A stretch of 64,000 nucleotides of DNA from Patescibacteria group bacterium (GCA_018818205.1 JAHISJ010000023.1:10600-74599), one strand, 5' to 3'; positions 1-10,516 are shown, counted from the first letter of the stretch. The notes: generated by a model not told the origin, from the sequence alone. Made by a program: numbers and translations.

Positions 1-1943
1 TTGTAGTACTTACAGACGCGCAAAACAATACGGTTGATGTAAAGATAGGAGACACAGCAAACAAGACAATCCGTTCACCAAAAACGGTTGTCTTTGAAAG
101 TACATCAAAAACAAACGAGCTTAAAGAAAAAGCTCGAAGTGATGTGTCTGAAGTCTACACCGTGGATCAGTCTGCATACGCACGGCAAGAGGATACGGTA
201 AAAAAAGCGTTTGATACTATACAAGGTATTGCTTTAGATGAACAGATCTCGTTTTTTGAAAAAAAAGAAAAAATTGCACAGCTTCTTGAGTATACCATTG
301 AAGAAGACCACATTACTGCACTTATTCAAAAAGACGCACTAGCACTTCAAGAAACTGAGGATGATGTGCGCTCTGTGCTCCTTGATTTACAAAAATCTGA
401 GTTAATCTCTAAAGACACGCTTGTTGAAGTTAAAAAGCACGTTGGAAACAACATTAATTCTGATGTATCAATAAAGGAAAGAAGCCTTCGTGAGTCACTG
501 ATCAGACACTTCTTAATTACTAACACTCTTGTTGATCAAGAAAAAACTGGAGAAAGAGAAGGGAAGGCAGAAAGGGATGTGGAGCCGGTGTATTACCAAG
601 TGCAAAAGGATGAAATAATTGTTGCAAAGGGAAACGCTGTCGATGACGTAGCTATAGAAAAGCTCTCAGCAACAGGCTTACTTTCCCCAGACTTTGCCAT
701 GAAAGGGAAAATAGGGACGATCCTCCTTATTACGTTACTGAGCTTTCTTGCATGTATCTTTATCCTAAAAAATGTCTCACCTGAGAAGTATATCGTTGCA
801 GTTTCAAGCATCTTGTTCTTTGGGTCAATTATTTTAGTGTTTGTTTCTAAATACTTTTTTACAGAAAAACCTGTAGTCGCCTATATTATACCGCTTGCAG
901 CGTTTCCGGTGGTTATTAGCAAAATCGCAGGGGAGAGAGTTGGCTTTTTCTCGGTACTGTTTTTTTCCATTATTGTTTCCGTTGTTTCGGGAAACCTTAT
1001 GGATGTACTTATTATTCATTTGGTTGTTTCGTTTGTTGCACTCTTTCTCTTCCAGTCGCTTAAACAATTTTCTGACTTACTTAGGTCTGCGGTTATTCTG
1101 TTTTGTATTGACTTTGTGCTACTCCTTGCCTTTCATTTTCTTGCGGGAACATTGGATGTGGTAAAGATAACTGAACTTTTAGTAGTTGCTGCAGCATATT
1201 CATTTTCTACCGTTATCTTGCTCGTAGGGCTTCTTATTGTGCTGAGTGCGTTGTTCCATATTTCGACATTTCCAATACTTCTTGATTTGGCAAATCCCGC
1301 ATCGCCGCTTCTTAGAAGGTTATCAGTATCTGCTCCAGGAACGTATCATCACAGTCTTATTGTAAGTTCTCTTGCTGAACTAGCGGCAAAAAAAGTTGGT
1401 GCTGATGTATTGCTTTGTCGCGTTGCAGCGTACTATCATGATATTGGCAAATTAAAGAACCCGACTTTTTACATAGAGAATAGGAAAGAAAAACCAAAGG
1501 GGGAAATAGGTCCTCTAGAGGAGTCAGAAAAAATTATCAGTCACGTGAAGGAAGGAATAGCATTTGGAGAGAAATATAAGCTGCCAAATGAAATTATTGC
1601 TGCGATTTCTGAGCACCATGGTACGAGCGTAGTACTTTCTTCGTTTAATCGTGCAAAAAGTACCGACGATTCGGCATTCAGATATCCAGGTCCAAAGCCT
1701 CAAACGAGCGTATCCGCAATAATAATGCTTGCAGATTCTGTTGAAGCTTACGTTAGGGCGCAAGCTGATGATAAAAAATTTGATCTTGAGGTGGCAGTGT
1801 CAAAGATAATGTACGATAAACTTAATGATGGTCAGCTCGATAATTCTCCCCTTACTCTTCGCGATATAGAGAAAATTAAACGCTCATTTGTTAAAGTGTT
1901 AAAAGGGGTATATCATGACCGGATCTCATATGAAAAAGAATAA
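1..1943 (+). CDS. 7TM-HD (HDIG) phosphohydrolase, PgpH/YqfF-like c-di-AMP phosphodiesterase; 5' end outside the window
   Basis: Frame 3 is open from base 3. Extracellular domain, about 7 TM helices, then APGTYHHS, YYHDIGK, EHHGT and MLADSVEA motifs. Lies upstream of ybeY-dgkA as in Firmicutes. Confidence 0.88.
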   Translation, partial: VVLTDAQNNTVDVKIGDTANKTIRSPKTVVFESTSKTNELKEKARSDVSEVYTVDQSAYARQEDTVKKAFDTIQGIALDEQISFFEKKEKIAQLLEYTIEEDHITALIQKDALALQETEDDVRSVLLDLQKSELISKDTLVEVKKHVGNNINSDVSIKERSLRESLIRHFLITNTLVDQEKTGEREGKAERDVEPVYYQVQKDEIIVAKGNAVDDVAIEKLSATGLLSPDFAMKGKIGTILLITLLSFLACIFILKNVSPEKYIVAVSSILFFGSIILVFVSKYFFTEKPVVAYIIPLAAFPVVISKIAGERVGFFSVLFFSIIVSVVSGNLMDVLIIHLVVSFVALFLFQSLKQFSDLLRSAVILFCIDFVLLLAFHFLAGTLDVVKITELLVVAAAYSFSTVILLVGLLIVLSALFHISTFPILLDLANPASPLLRRLSVSAPGTYHHSLIVSSLAELAAKKVGADVLLCRVAAYYHDIGKLKNPTFYIENRKEKPKGEIGPLEESEKIISHVKEGIAFGEKYKLPNEIIAAISEHHGTSVVLSSFNRAKSTDDSAFRYPGPKPQTSVSAIIMLADSVEAYVRAQADDKKFDLEVAVSKIMYDKLNDGQLDNSPLTLRDIEKIKRSFVKVLKGVYHDRISYEKE

Positions 1944-2391
1944 CTGTGTGCTAGAGTATTCCTGGGATAATGACTATTTTAAAAAGAGTTTTTTTGATAG
2001 AATAAATCAGGAGATTATCCTTGCAGAAGTGATAAACAAACCAGTGGAAGTATCACTTTCTCTCGTTGATGATGCTACTATTCGTCAGTATAATGCTCAG
2101 TTTCGCAACAAGGATACCGCAACAGACGTTCTGGCTTTCGCTGAAAAAGATAAAGAAGTTTCATGGCCGGATGAAAAAGAAAAAAACTACTTGGGTGAGA
2201 TCCTGATTTCAGTTGATACTGCAAAAAAACAGGCAAAAGAGCACAAACACAGTTTGTCAGATGAGGTCGCGTGGCTGTACATACATGGATTCTTGCATCT
2301 ATTGGGGTATGATCATGAAATAAGTAAAAAAGAAGCACAAAGAATGGGGGAAAAGACGCAAGAAATATTTTTGAACATTAAAGAGAAATAA
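1930..2391 (+). CDS. ybeY: rRNA maturation endoribonuclease YbeY
   Basis: N-x2-FR-x-KD-x-ATDVL, LGEILIS and HGFLHLLGYDH zinc motif; ATG 1930 preferred. Confidence 0.93.
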   Translation: MKKNNCVLEYSWDNDYFKKSFFDRINQEIILAEVINKPVEVSLSLVDDATIRQYNAQFRNKDTATDVLAFAEKDKEVSWPDEKEKNYLGEILISVDTAKKQAKEHKHSLSDEVAWLYIHGFLHLLGYDHEISKKEAQRMGEKTQEIFLNIKEK

Positions 2392-2771
2392 TGTCATTTC
2401 TTAATCCCGTACGTCTGTTAAAGAGTTTTAAATATGCTAGTACTGGTTTTTTTGAACTCGTAAAAACAGAGCAAAACATTAGAATCCATCTTATACTGAC
2501 TGCCATAGTAGTAGTGCTTATGTTCTATTTTAGGACCACTATTCTTGAAACGAGTGTCCTTATTATTTCGATTGTAATTGTGCTACTGGCAGAGATTATT
2601 AACTCAGTGTTAGAGCGTATTGTTGATATCATTAAACCAAGACTTACACCAGAGGCACGGACAATGAAGGATATTATGGCCGCAATGGTGCTTATGTCAT
2701 CGTTTGGCGCAGTTATTATTGGTCTTCTTATTTTTGTCCCCAAGATTATTGATAAAATTGATATGGTATAG
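2391..2771 (+). CDS. dgkA: Diacylglycerol/undecaprenol kinase (DgkA family)
   Basis: SFKYA..G, EQN-x-RIH, EIINSVLE-x-IVD and KDIMAA motifs; 3 TM. Confidence 0.88.
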   Translation: MSFLNPVRLLKSFKYASTGFFELVKTEQNIRIHLILTAIVVVLMFYFRTTILETSVLIISIVIVLLAEIINSVLERIVDIIKPRLTPEARTMKDIMAAMVLMSSFGAVIIGLLIFVPKIIDKIDMV

Positions 2772-2864
2772 TAAACTATACTTGTATTCATTGTGGAATT
2801 CGATGAAGTCCTTTGAGCGTTGTTAAAACGAAAGGGCAAACTATAAAAAATAAAAAAACCTGAT

Positions 2865-4106
2865 ATGGCAAAAGAGGATATCATTGTTGGGATAGACGTC
2901 GGTTCGTATCATATTCGAACAGTGATTGCTCAATTAAATGTAGAACAGCAAGGTAAGCCACGTATCATTGGTGTTGGTGAGTCTCTTTCAAGTGGAATTA
3001 GAAAGGGAGTTATTGTTGACGTTGAAGAAGCGGTGAGCAGCATCTCAGCAGCTTTGGAAAAAGCTGAACGTACTGGCGGTGTTCCCGTTGAGCGTGCATT
3101 TGTGTCGGTAAGCGGCTCTCATATCCTTGCACAAAAGAGCAAGGGTGTCGTTGCAGTGTCCAGGGCAGATAGTGAGATCACTGAAGAAGATATAGGTAGG
3201 GCAATAGAAGCAGCGTCAGCAGTGTCTGTGCCGCCAAACCATGAGATTCTGCACGTACTTCCACAAAACTTCACCGTAGATGACCAATCAGGTATAAAAG
3301 ACCCCGTTGGAATGAATGGTATTCGGTTAGAGGTGGAAGCGCTTATTATTGAAGGATCTGTTTCATATCTTAAAAATCTTACTAAGTGTATCCATCGTGT
3401 TGGTGTTGATCTTGAATCATTTGTGGTTACCCCGCTTGCGGCAAGCATGTCAGTGCTTTCAAAAAGGCAACGTGAACTTGGCGTAGCACTTATTGATATT
3501 GGTGCAGGAACTACCGGTCTTTCTGTATACGAGGAAGGGGATGTGCTTCATGTGGCAATTCTTCCAGTGGGTTCTGAGCATATTACTAATGACCTAGCGA
3601 TTGGTCTGAGGACCTCTGTAGATATTGCTGAAAAGATTAAAATCTCATATGGAACTGCGCTCGCGTCAGAAATTGATAAGAAAGAAGAAATTAATCTTTC
3701 TAAACTAGACAAAGGTGAAGAAGCAGTTGTATCTCGTAAACGAGTTGCTGAAATAGTCGAGGCACGTCTTTCAGAAATTTTCTCACTTGTAGATAAAGAA
3801 CTTAAAAAAATTGGTAGGTCAGGCAAACTTCCTGGTGGGGTAGTCCTAGTTGGCGGTGGTGCAAAAATTGCCGGTATTGTTGATCTCGCTAAAGAAGAGC
3901 TTCGTCTTCCGGCGCAAGTTGGGTTTCCAGAAAACCTACCAGGTATCTCTGATAAGATGGATGATCCAGTATATGCTGTTGCACAAGGTCTTGCACTATG
4001 GGCTATTGAAAACAAAGATAGTGACTCTTCTTTTGGATCGACTATGGTGAATGCACAGCAAATGGCTGGTAGAGTAAAAAAATGGTTCAAGAATTTCCTT
4101 CCTTAA
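2865..4106 (+). CDS. ftsA: Cell division protein FtsA
   Basis: GIDVGS, DIGAGTT and GGVVLVGGGA motifs; amphipathic C-terminus KKWFKNFLP; upstream of ftsZ. Confidence 0.97.
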   Translation: MAKEDIIVGIDVGSYHIRTVIAQLNVEQQGKPRIIGVGESLSSGIRKGVIVDVEEAVSSISAALEKAERTGGVPVERAFVSVSGSHILAQKSKGVVAVSRADSEITEEDIGRAIEAASAVSVPPNHEILHVLPQNFTVDDQSGIKDPVGMNGIRLEVEALIIEGSVSYLKNLTKCIHRVGVDLESFVVTPLAASMSVLSKRQRELGVALIDIGAGTTGLSVYEEGDVLHVAILPVGSEHITNDLAIGLRTSVDIAEKIKISYGTALASEIDKKEEINLSKLDKGEEAVVSRKRVAEIVEARLSEIFSLVDKELKKIGRSGKLPGGVVLVGGGAKIAGIVDLAKEELRLPAQVGFPENLPGISDKMDDPVYAVAQGLALWAIENKDSDSSFGSTMVNAQQMAGRVKKWFKNFLP

Positions 4107-4133
4107 AGTAGACGAGTAACATATGTGTTCAAT

Positions 4134-4177
4134 TTATCCACATGGGTGATTGTGCCTTCGGATTCCTTTGGTATAAT
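4134..4177 (+). promoter_or_regulatory. Perfect DnaA box plus extended -10 promoter upstream of ftsZ
   Basis: TTATCCACA at 4134-4142; TTGTGC at 4150-4155, 16-nt spacer, TGgTATAAT ending 4177. Confidence 0.55.
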
Positions 4178-4232
4178 AAGGTTGCTTTAAAACCTTATTT
4201 TTTATTATAAAAAGGGAAAGTAACCAAAAACT

Positions 4233-5369
4233 ATGGAAATTAAACCGGAACTAGAGACATTCGCAAAGATAAAAGTGTTGGGTGTCGGAGGCGGAGGAAA
4301 CTCAGCGGTAAGCAGAATGGCTGAGTCAGGAATGAGAGGTATAGAATTTATTGCGGTCAATTCTGATGCTCAAGCTCTTCATTCATCAGGTATAGAAAAA
4401 AAGATTCACATTGGGAAGGAACTCACCAAAGGGCTTGGTGCCGGTATGAATCCAGAGATAGGAAGACAAGCTGCAGAGGAAGATGAGACTGAAATCAGAG
4501 AGGCTTTAGATGGAGCCGACATGGTTTTTATTACGTGTGGTCTTGGCGGCGGTACCGGTACAGGTGCTGCGCCAGCTATTGCAGAAATTGCCCGTGATCT
4601 TGGTACGTTAACCTTGGGTGTAGTTACAAAGCCATTTAGTTTTGAAGGATCACAAAGACGAGAAATTGCAAATAAGGGGCATCTTGAGCTTGAAGATAAA
4701 GTGGACAGCCTTATCACTATTCCAAACGATAAATTGCTACAACTTATTGATAAAAAAACCAGTCTTGTTGACGCGTTTGAAGTTGTTGATGATGTCCTGA
4801 AACAAGGTGTTCAAGGAATATCCGATCTTATCACTATCCCCGGTATTGTTAATGTCGACTTTGCTGACGTTAAAGCTATTATGCAGGGAACGGGGTCAGC
4901 CTGGATGGGTATTGGAAGAGCATCAGGAGAAAATAGAGCCGTTGAAGCGGCTAAGGCAGCAATTGCGAGCCCACTTCTTGAACTCTCTATCGGTGGTGCA
5001 AAGGGTGTTCTCTTTAACATTGCAGGTGGCGAAGATCTAGGTATGTTTGAGATCGATGAGGCTGCACGAGTAGTAACAGAATCGGTTGATCCAGACGCAA
5101 AGATCATCTTTGGTGCGGTAAGAGACCAAGACCTAACCAATGAAATAAAGATAACTGTTATTGCTACAGGGTTTGCAGAAGCAGCAAGAGATAGGCAGGA
5201 AGACACAACAACAGAGGCAAAAACTGGCTTCTTTGGTAAAAAAGAAGAGAAGCCGCTTATGACCGCAACACCAGGGTTTTCCTATAAAAACTCTGATACT
5301 GAAAAAGAAGATACAACAGAAGAGGATGAGTTGGATATCCCTGCATTTATTCGTAAGAAAATGAAGTAG
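4233..5369 (+). CDS. ftsZ: Cell division protein FtsZ
   Basis: GGGTGTG tubulin signature, NVDFADV, C-terminal LDIPAFIRK. Confidence 0.99.
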   Translation: MEIKPELETFAKIKVLGVGGGGNSAVSRMAESGMRGIEFIAVNSDAQALHSSGIEKKIHIGKELTKGLGAGMNPEIGRQAAEEDETEIREALDGADMVFITCGLGGGTGTGAAPAIAEIARDLGTLTLGVVTKPFSFEGSQRREIANKGHLELEDKVDSLITIPNDKLLQLIDKKTSLVDAFEVVDDVLKQGVQGISDLITIPGIVNVDFADVKAIMQGTGSAWMGIGRASGENRAVEAAKAAIASPLLELSIGGAKGVLFNIAGGEDLGMFEIDEAARVVTESVDPDAKIIFGAVRDQDLTNEIKITVIATGFAEAARDRQEDTTTEAKTGFFGKKEEKPLMTATPGFSYKNSDTEKEDTTEEDELDIPAFIRKKMK

Positions 5370-5395
5370 TTTCGTAGTAAAGAAAATGCTATACT

Positions 5396-5423
5396 AATAG
5401 GGTCAAAACTGACCCTATTTTTT
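5396..5423 (+). terminator. Intrinsic terminator after ftsZ
   Basis: AATAGGGTCA-aaac-TGACCCTATT followed by a T run. Confidence 0.65.
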
Positions 5424-5666
5424 ATGTCCAAAGACACCTCTGCATTAATCATTTCTGTCACGGTGATCCCTCGTGCTAAGAAACAAGAAGTAATTCCTTT
5501 GTCGGAGACCCAGTATAAAGTAAAAGTGCACGATGCTCCTGAAAAGGGTAAAGCGAACAAAGAAGTTGTACGGTTGTTAGCAGATTATTTTAAAGTGAAC
5601 AAAAGAAATGTTCGTATAGTAAAAGGGGAAACAGGGCGTAGTAAAATTGTAGAAGTTCATCAATAG
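5424..5666 (+). CDS. DUF167 / YggU family protein
   Basis: V-x-PRAK, APEKGKAN, IVKGETGRSK motifs. Confidence 0.88.
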   Translation: MSKDTSALIISVTVIPRAKKQEVIPLSETQYKVKVHDAPEKGKANKEVVRLLADYFKVNKRNVRIVKGETGRSKIVEVHQ

Positions 5667-5690
5667 AACGTTTGGGTAAAACCTATTTAT

Positions 5691-5717
5691 AAAAAGCGGA
5701 GAAATAGCCGCTTTTTT
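5691..5717. terminator. Bidirectional-type hairpin between yggU and comEC
   Basis: AAAAAGCGG...CCGCTTTTTT. Confidence 0.5.
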
Positions 5718-5718
5718 T

Positions 5719-7209
5719 ATGATTCAAACTATTTCAAAGTCGCAAATCTTTTTTTATTGCTTGGTGGCATGCATAGCCGGTAACATCTTTTTTGGAGTGA
5801 CTAAAAGTATTGAAGCAGTCTTTGCAGTATGTGTGCTTGGGATCATCTTGTATGTCCTATTTTTTCGCTTTTCTCCCTTTGTATTTTTACTTATAATAGT
5901 TTGCTTTTTTTGCAGTGCATTGTTTTTTTGGAGTACGCTTGAAGAGCGAACGACCCATCCACTCACACAAGTGTATGAGGAAGATATTTCATTTGAAGGA
6001 CGTATAGTAGGTGACGTAGAAAAAAATAGCGAGAAACAACGTTTGCGAGTACTCGTAGAGACAGTAAATGGAGAGCTTTTAGATCAACCAAAAACACGGA
6101 TTCTAGTAAACACTATGCTTTTTCCAGAATACAGGTATGGAGACCGGGTACAGGTTTCTGGGATACTCAAAGAAGGAGGAATAATTGAAGATTTTAATTA
6201 CGGAGACTATTTACTTAAAGACAATATCATTGGTGCTATCTATAGAGCAAAAGTTACAAAACTAAGCGAAGAAGGCGGTCCCTTAAGTAGTATTTACGTA
6301 ATAAAAGGTGCTTTTACACGTACCATTAATATCTTGCTCCCAGAGCCGGAGGCATCGTTTTTAGCAGGCCTACTCATTGGTGAACGTCGGTCAATTCCAG
6401 ATGAGGTGCTCGATGCGTTTAATAAAACGGGAACAACACACATCATAGCAATCTCCGGGTACAACATTACGCTCATTTCATCAATTATCCTCTCTATGCT
6501 GAAGGGACGGGTATCGAGACGTATGAGTACTCTCATTATTATTGCAAGCCTCACGGTGTTTGTGCTTATAACCGGAGCATCAGCATCGGTCGTTCGTGCT
6601 GCTGTTATGGGTTCAATTGTACTTATATCAAAAATGTCCGGACGTCTTTCAGACGTTAAGAATGTTCTTGCATTGAGCGCTGTGCTTATGTTGATACAAA
6701 ATCCGTTTGTCCTTACGTATGACATTGGGTTTCAGCTGTCATATGTATCTACCATTGGTCTTGTCTACTTTGCAAAGCCCTGTGAACGTCTCTGTTTTTT
6801 TGTCCCAAAGAAAGGAGGTCTGAGGGAGGCATTAGCTTTGACACTAGCTTCTCAAATCGCGACTCTTCCCATTGTTATTTTAAATTTCAAACGCATATCA
6901 CTTATTGCCCCGCTTGCAAATCTGCTCATTGCGCCATTTATTCCTCTGGGAATGGCAACGGGGTTTTTTGCAGTAGTGATTGGTTTTTTGAGTACCGATG
7001 TTGGCATGGTAGCTTCGTGGGTATCCTACCTTATTTTACATACCATCGTTGCCATTATTATGTATCTCTCAAAGCTTTCATATATTGTTATTGATATTCA
7101 AAAATCGCATGTACCACTTTCAGTGATGATCTGGTCACTCGGACTTACTTTGTGGTTTGGTATTAAACGGTTACACTATGCACGAGCAAAAATCAGCCCA
7201 AAAAACTAA
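5719..7209 (+). CDS. comEC: ComEC/Rec2 competence channel (DUF4131 + Competence domain)
   Basis: GTTHIIAISGYNI, SVVRAAVMG and DIGFQLSY motifs; multi-TM. Confidence 0.93.
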   Translation: MIQTISKSQIFFYCLVACIAGNIFFGVTKSIEAVFAVCVLGIILYVLFFRFSPFVFLLIIVCFFCSALFFWSTLEERTTHPLTQVYEEDISFEGRIVGDVEKNSEKQRLRVLVETVNGELLDQPKTRILVNTMLFPEYRYGDRVQVSGILKEGGIIEDFNYGDYLLKDNIIGAIYRAKVTKLSEEGGPLSSIYVIKGAFTRTINILLPEPEASFLAGLLIGERRSIPDEVLDAFNKTGTTHIIAISGYNITLISSIILSMLKGRVSRRMSTLIIIASLTVFVLITGASASVVRAAVMGSIVLISKMSGRLSDVKNVLALSAVLMLIQNPFVLTYDIGFQLSYVSTIGLVYFAKPCERLCFFVPKKGGLREALALTLASQIATLPIVILNFKRISLIAPLANLLIAPFIPLGMATGFFAVVIGFLSTDVGMVASWVSYLILHTIVAIIMYLSKLSYIVIDIQKSHVPLSVMIWSLGLTLWFGIKRLHYARAKISPKN

Positions 7210-8074
7210 GCTCATCTGGGTACTAAAAGCATTGAGCATTCTACTGATCGCCGCATCAGTCATTTCGGTTATGATTGCGTATTCACGTTCAAAGAAGGAT
7301 GCGGTGGTTGCATTTCTTGATGTTGGACAGGGCGATGCCATCTATATCAGATCTTCTGATACTGATATTCTCATTGATGGCGGGGCAACTGCTGATGTTA
7401 TAGAGAAACTGTCAAAAGAAATGCCTTTTTTTGATAAAACGATTGAACTTATGGTCATGACACACGCTGATGCTGATCATGCCGTAGGACTTGTTGAAGT
7501 TATGAAGAGGTATGAGGTGCTTAAGGTTATAGAGAGTGGTATAACGTGCCATAAAGAGCTGTGCCAGGAATGGGAACGAATTATTGATGAAAAAGGAATA
7601 GATAGGGAATTTGTATATGCAGGAAAGGAATATGTACTCCCAGAGGGAAGGCTAACTGTAGTACATCCGATTGTATCACATGCGGGAATGACGGTAGACG
7701 ACATGAACGAAGCATCGGTTGTCACCTGTCTTACACTCCGTGGCAAAAGCTTCTTACTTACCGGAGACCTTGGGGTAGAAAATGAAAGAAAACTTGTTGA
7801 GCAGGATAATGGCGGGCTCTGCATGGATGCATTGGCTCTTAAGGCTGGGCATCATGGCTCAAAGCATTCAAGCAGCGAAGAAATAATCGAGTATACAAAC
7901 CCTGAATACACGATCATTTCAGCGGGAAAGGACAACAGTTTTGGCCATCCTCACTATGAGGTGATCACGCGCTTTTCCGAGTACACTATCCCCCTGATAG
8001 AAACAGCCAAAAGCGGCACAATCCGATTTGTGTTAGCTGAGGATGGGTCGTATGAAATTAAAACAGATCGTTAA
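7178..8074 (+). CDS. Stand-alone ComEC-type metallo-beta-lactamase-fold nuclease
   Basis: N-terminal TM; FLDVGQGDA, THADADH, LLTGD, GHHGSKHSS and FGHPH motifs. Confidence 0.9.
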   Translation: MHEQKSAQKTKLIWVLKALSILLIAASVISVMIAYSRSKKDAVVAFLDVGQGDAIYIRSSDTDILIDGGATADVIEKLSKEMPFFDKTIELMVMTHADADHAVGLVEVMKRYEVLKVIESGITCHKELCQEWERIIDEKGIDREFVYAGKEYVLPEGRLTVVHPIVSHAGMTVDDMNEASVVTCLTLRGKSFLLTGDLGVENERKLVEQDNGGLCMDALALKAGHHGSKHSSSEEIIEYTNPEYTIISAGKDNSFGHPHYEVITRFSEYTIPLIETAKSGTIRFVLAEDGSYEIKTDR

Positions 8075-9063
8075 ATACTTGCGTAAACCTCAATCAGCTT
8101 CTTTGCAAACGAATCCATATCATATTTCCTAGCAAGGGCATCCGATTCATCTTGCCACGTGTGTAAATAGTCAAGGTCCGTATGTAATTTTGAAATTTCT
8201 AACGTAAAAGAATCAACGTCTTTCCCTTTAAGGTAATGTGCAAAGAGGGAATTTCTATACTCTTTAATATCACGGAGGACTAGAGGAAGGTGGGTAGCGC
8301 TTGCCTCAATCGTTGCAAAAGAAAAGTTCTCATGATGAGAAGGCATAAAATACACATCAGCTGCGGCATAATACCCAGGCATGTCTGAGTATTCAACTGT
8401 TTCGGTAAAAATAACGTTTGAGGGATGGTTTTCGATGATCTCAGAAAGTTCAGCGTATCCTGCGGTTAATTTTCCATATGGCCTGCCACCAACCCACACA
8501 AACGTTGCGTTTGGAAGTTTTCTCGCAACAGCAACAAAGTCTCTAACCCCTTTTCTTGGTTGAATTTGACCCACACTGAGTATCACAAAAGCATCTTTAC
8601 TAATCTTCAGCCTACTTCTGATTAGATCCCTTTTTGTATTATCTGGCTTAAACGTTTCTCTATCAACACTGTTGCACAGCACCACAATAGAGCTCGTCAC
8701 GCCAAGAATCTCAAGTTCCTTTTTTACCTGCGGCGAAACGGCGATGACAGTTTGTGCACGATTATACGCTATCTTTAAATACCATTTGGCAAGTGGCTTC
8801 CAAATTGTGCTAAAAACAAGACTACCATCAAAGGAATCGGGGACCACATGGGCTGATACAATCATTTTGTGCTTGTGTCTTAACGAAGCAAGAATGTATT
8901 TGGGACCAATCGTTTCGGAATGGATGACGTCACAAGTTGAGTTGCTCCCGTTTACTGTGTACTGGATCTTTTTGTTTTTTAGTACCTGTAAAAGCTCAAC
9001 GTATGCGGTGTAGACGCCGTTTGCAGTGCCAACAAATTTTTCACTGATAATATTTATACGCAT
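8071..9063 (-). CDS. GT4 glycosyltransferase, CpoA/LafB-like (diglycosyl-DAG synthase-like)
   Basis: MRINIISE...GVYTAY start, HVVPDSFDGS, GQIQPRKG, ENFSFATIEA; ATG 9063 preferred. Confidence 0.75.
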   Translation of the reverse strand: MRINIISEKFVGTANGVYTAYVELLQVLKNKKIQYTVNGSNSTCDVIHSETIGPKYILASLRHKHKMIVSAHVVPDSFDGSLVFSTIWKPLAKWYLKIAYNRAQTVIAVSPQVKKELEILGVTSSIVVLCNSVDRETFKPDNTKRDLIRSRLKISKDAFVILSVGQIQPRKGVRDFVAVARKLPNATFVWVGGRPYGKLTAGYAELSEIIENHPSNVIFTETVEYSDMPGYYAAADVYFMPSHHENFSFATIEASATHLPLVLRDIKEYRNSLFAHYLKGKDVDSFTLEISKLHTDLDYLHTWQDESDALARKYDMDSFAKKLIEVYASI

Positions 9064-9196
9064 TTTCTTGGCAGTACAATACATCAAAAAAAGGTTTTTG
9101 TCCAGTTTTTAATCGATGTGAGAAATGTGAACCATTTTGAGATGACAGAACTCTCCTTTTCTATTATCATAGATGCTATATGGAGAAGATTCAAAT

Positions 9197-10516
9197 ATGA
9201 ATATTGGTTTTTTTACCGACACCTATCAAAAAGGTTTTAGTGGTGTTGAGACATCAATAAACTCGTTTAAAAAAGAGCTTGAGGCTGAGGGACATACAGT
9301 CTATATCTTTGCGCCTCTTGATGGTGAAAAATGGAATACCAAGGAAGAAAACGACCAAGGTATCTTTAGGCTTCAGGCCATGAACCAAGACTTTTTTCCC
9401 GAGTTTAAATTGACGTTTCCACTGTCTGCAAAAGTGATTGCAAACTTTGGAGAATTTGAACTTGATCTTATTCATTCGCATACCCCGTTCATTATGGGTT
9501 TTTATGCAAACGTGGTTGGTTTCACACTCAACGTTCCTGTCATTCATACCTATCATACACTCTACGAAAAGTTTGCGGGGCATAGTTTTCTAAAAGGGAA
9601 AAAGACTGATAAATTGATTATGAATGTTGCTGCAAAGGTCTCAGTCTTGCATACTGCCAGGTGTAACCGAGTTATTGTTCCTTCAAGAAAAATGAAAAAT
9701 ATTCTCGCGGAGTATGGTATCACTGAGAATGTAACAGTGCTCCCGAGCGGGATCAATTTAGAAGCACTCAAGGACATTGATAAAGATGCGTTTAAGAAAA
9801 AGAACAAGATTTTACAAAAGAAAAAGACACTTCTGTTTGTGGGTAGAATAGGTCGTGAAAAAAACGTCTCATTTCTTTTTGATGCACTCGAAACTATTCG
9901 AAAAAAGAACAAGAATGTCTTACTCATTGTGATTGGCAGTGGTCCCGCAGAGGACGAACTAAAGGAAGAAGCAAAGAAAAGATCACTGGCTAAGAATGTT
10001 CTTTTTGCGGGACATAAAAAGAGAGAAGACGTGTACGAGGCATACGCGGGATCTGACATATTTGCGTTTGCATCACAAACCGATACTCAAAGTTTAGTTA
10101 TTGTTGAGGCTGCCGCATCGGGGCTTCCCATAGTTATGCTCAAGGATGAAGGATTGATAGATCTTGTTAAAGATGGTAAGAATGGGTTTGTGGTAGATAC
10201 TCCTGACGAGTTTGCTGACGCGACCTTAAGGCTACTTTCAAGCAAAAAACTACACGATGATTTTTCAAGAGAAGCAAAAGAGGCTGCAAGCAAGTATTCC
10301 ATTGAAAACCAAACAAGAAAGCTGATCAAAGTGTATCAGGAGACGCTTAAAGATTTTGATGCTGCATCGATTAGAAAGAAGATGCAAAAACAGCTTAAGA
10401 GAGAAGTTGAATTTAAAAAACTATTTGATGTAAAGAAGAATCGTGAATTTTTATCTACATTAAAGGGCAAGACTAAGGAATTACTTAAAAATCTTAATAA
10501 TAAAGTCAATGGATAA
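9197..10516 (+). CDS. GT4 glycosyltransferase, monoglucosyl-DAG synthase (LafA/alMGS)-like
   Basis: MNIGFFTDTY, SGV-x-TS, IHSHTPF, HTYHTLY, GRIGREKN, SQTDTQSLV-x-EA motifs. Confidence 0.8.
   Translation: MNIGFFTDTYQKGFSGVETSINSFKKELEAEGHTVYIFAPLDGEKWNTKEENDQGIFRLQAMNQDFFPEFKLTFPLSAKVIANFGEFELDLIHSHTPFIMGFYANVVGFTLNVPVIHTYHTLYEKFAGHSFLKGKKTDKLIMNVAAKVSVLHTARCNRVIVPSRKMKNILAEYGITENVTVLPSGINLEALKDIDKDAFKKKNKILQKKKTLLFVGRIGREKNVSFLFDALETIRKKNKNVLLIVIGSGPAEDELKEEAKKRSLAKNVLFAGHKKREDVYEAYAGSDIFAFASQTDTQSLVIVEAAASGLPIVMLKDEGLIDLVKDGKNGFVVDTPDEFADATLRLLSSKKLHDDFSREAKEAASKYSIENQTRKLIKVYQETLKDFDAASIRKKMQKQLKREVEFKKLFDVKKNREFLSTLKGKTKELLKNLNNKVNG

Noticed and set aside
5719-8074. comEC frameshift or pseudogene
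   Set aside because: The second ORF has its own ATG and TM anchor; a split ComEC plus MBL is common in CPR.
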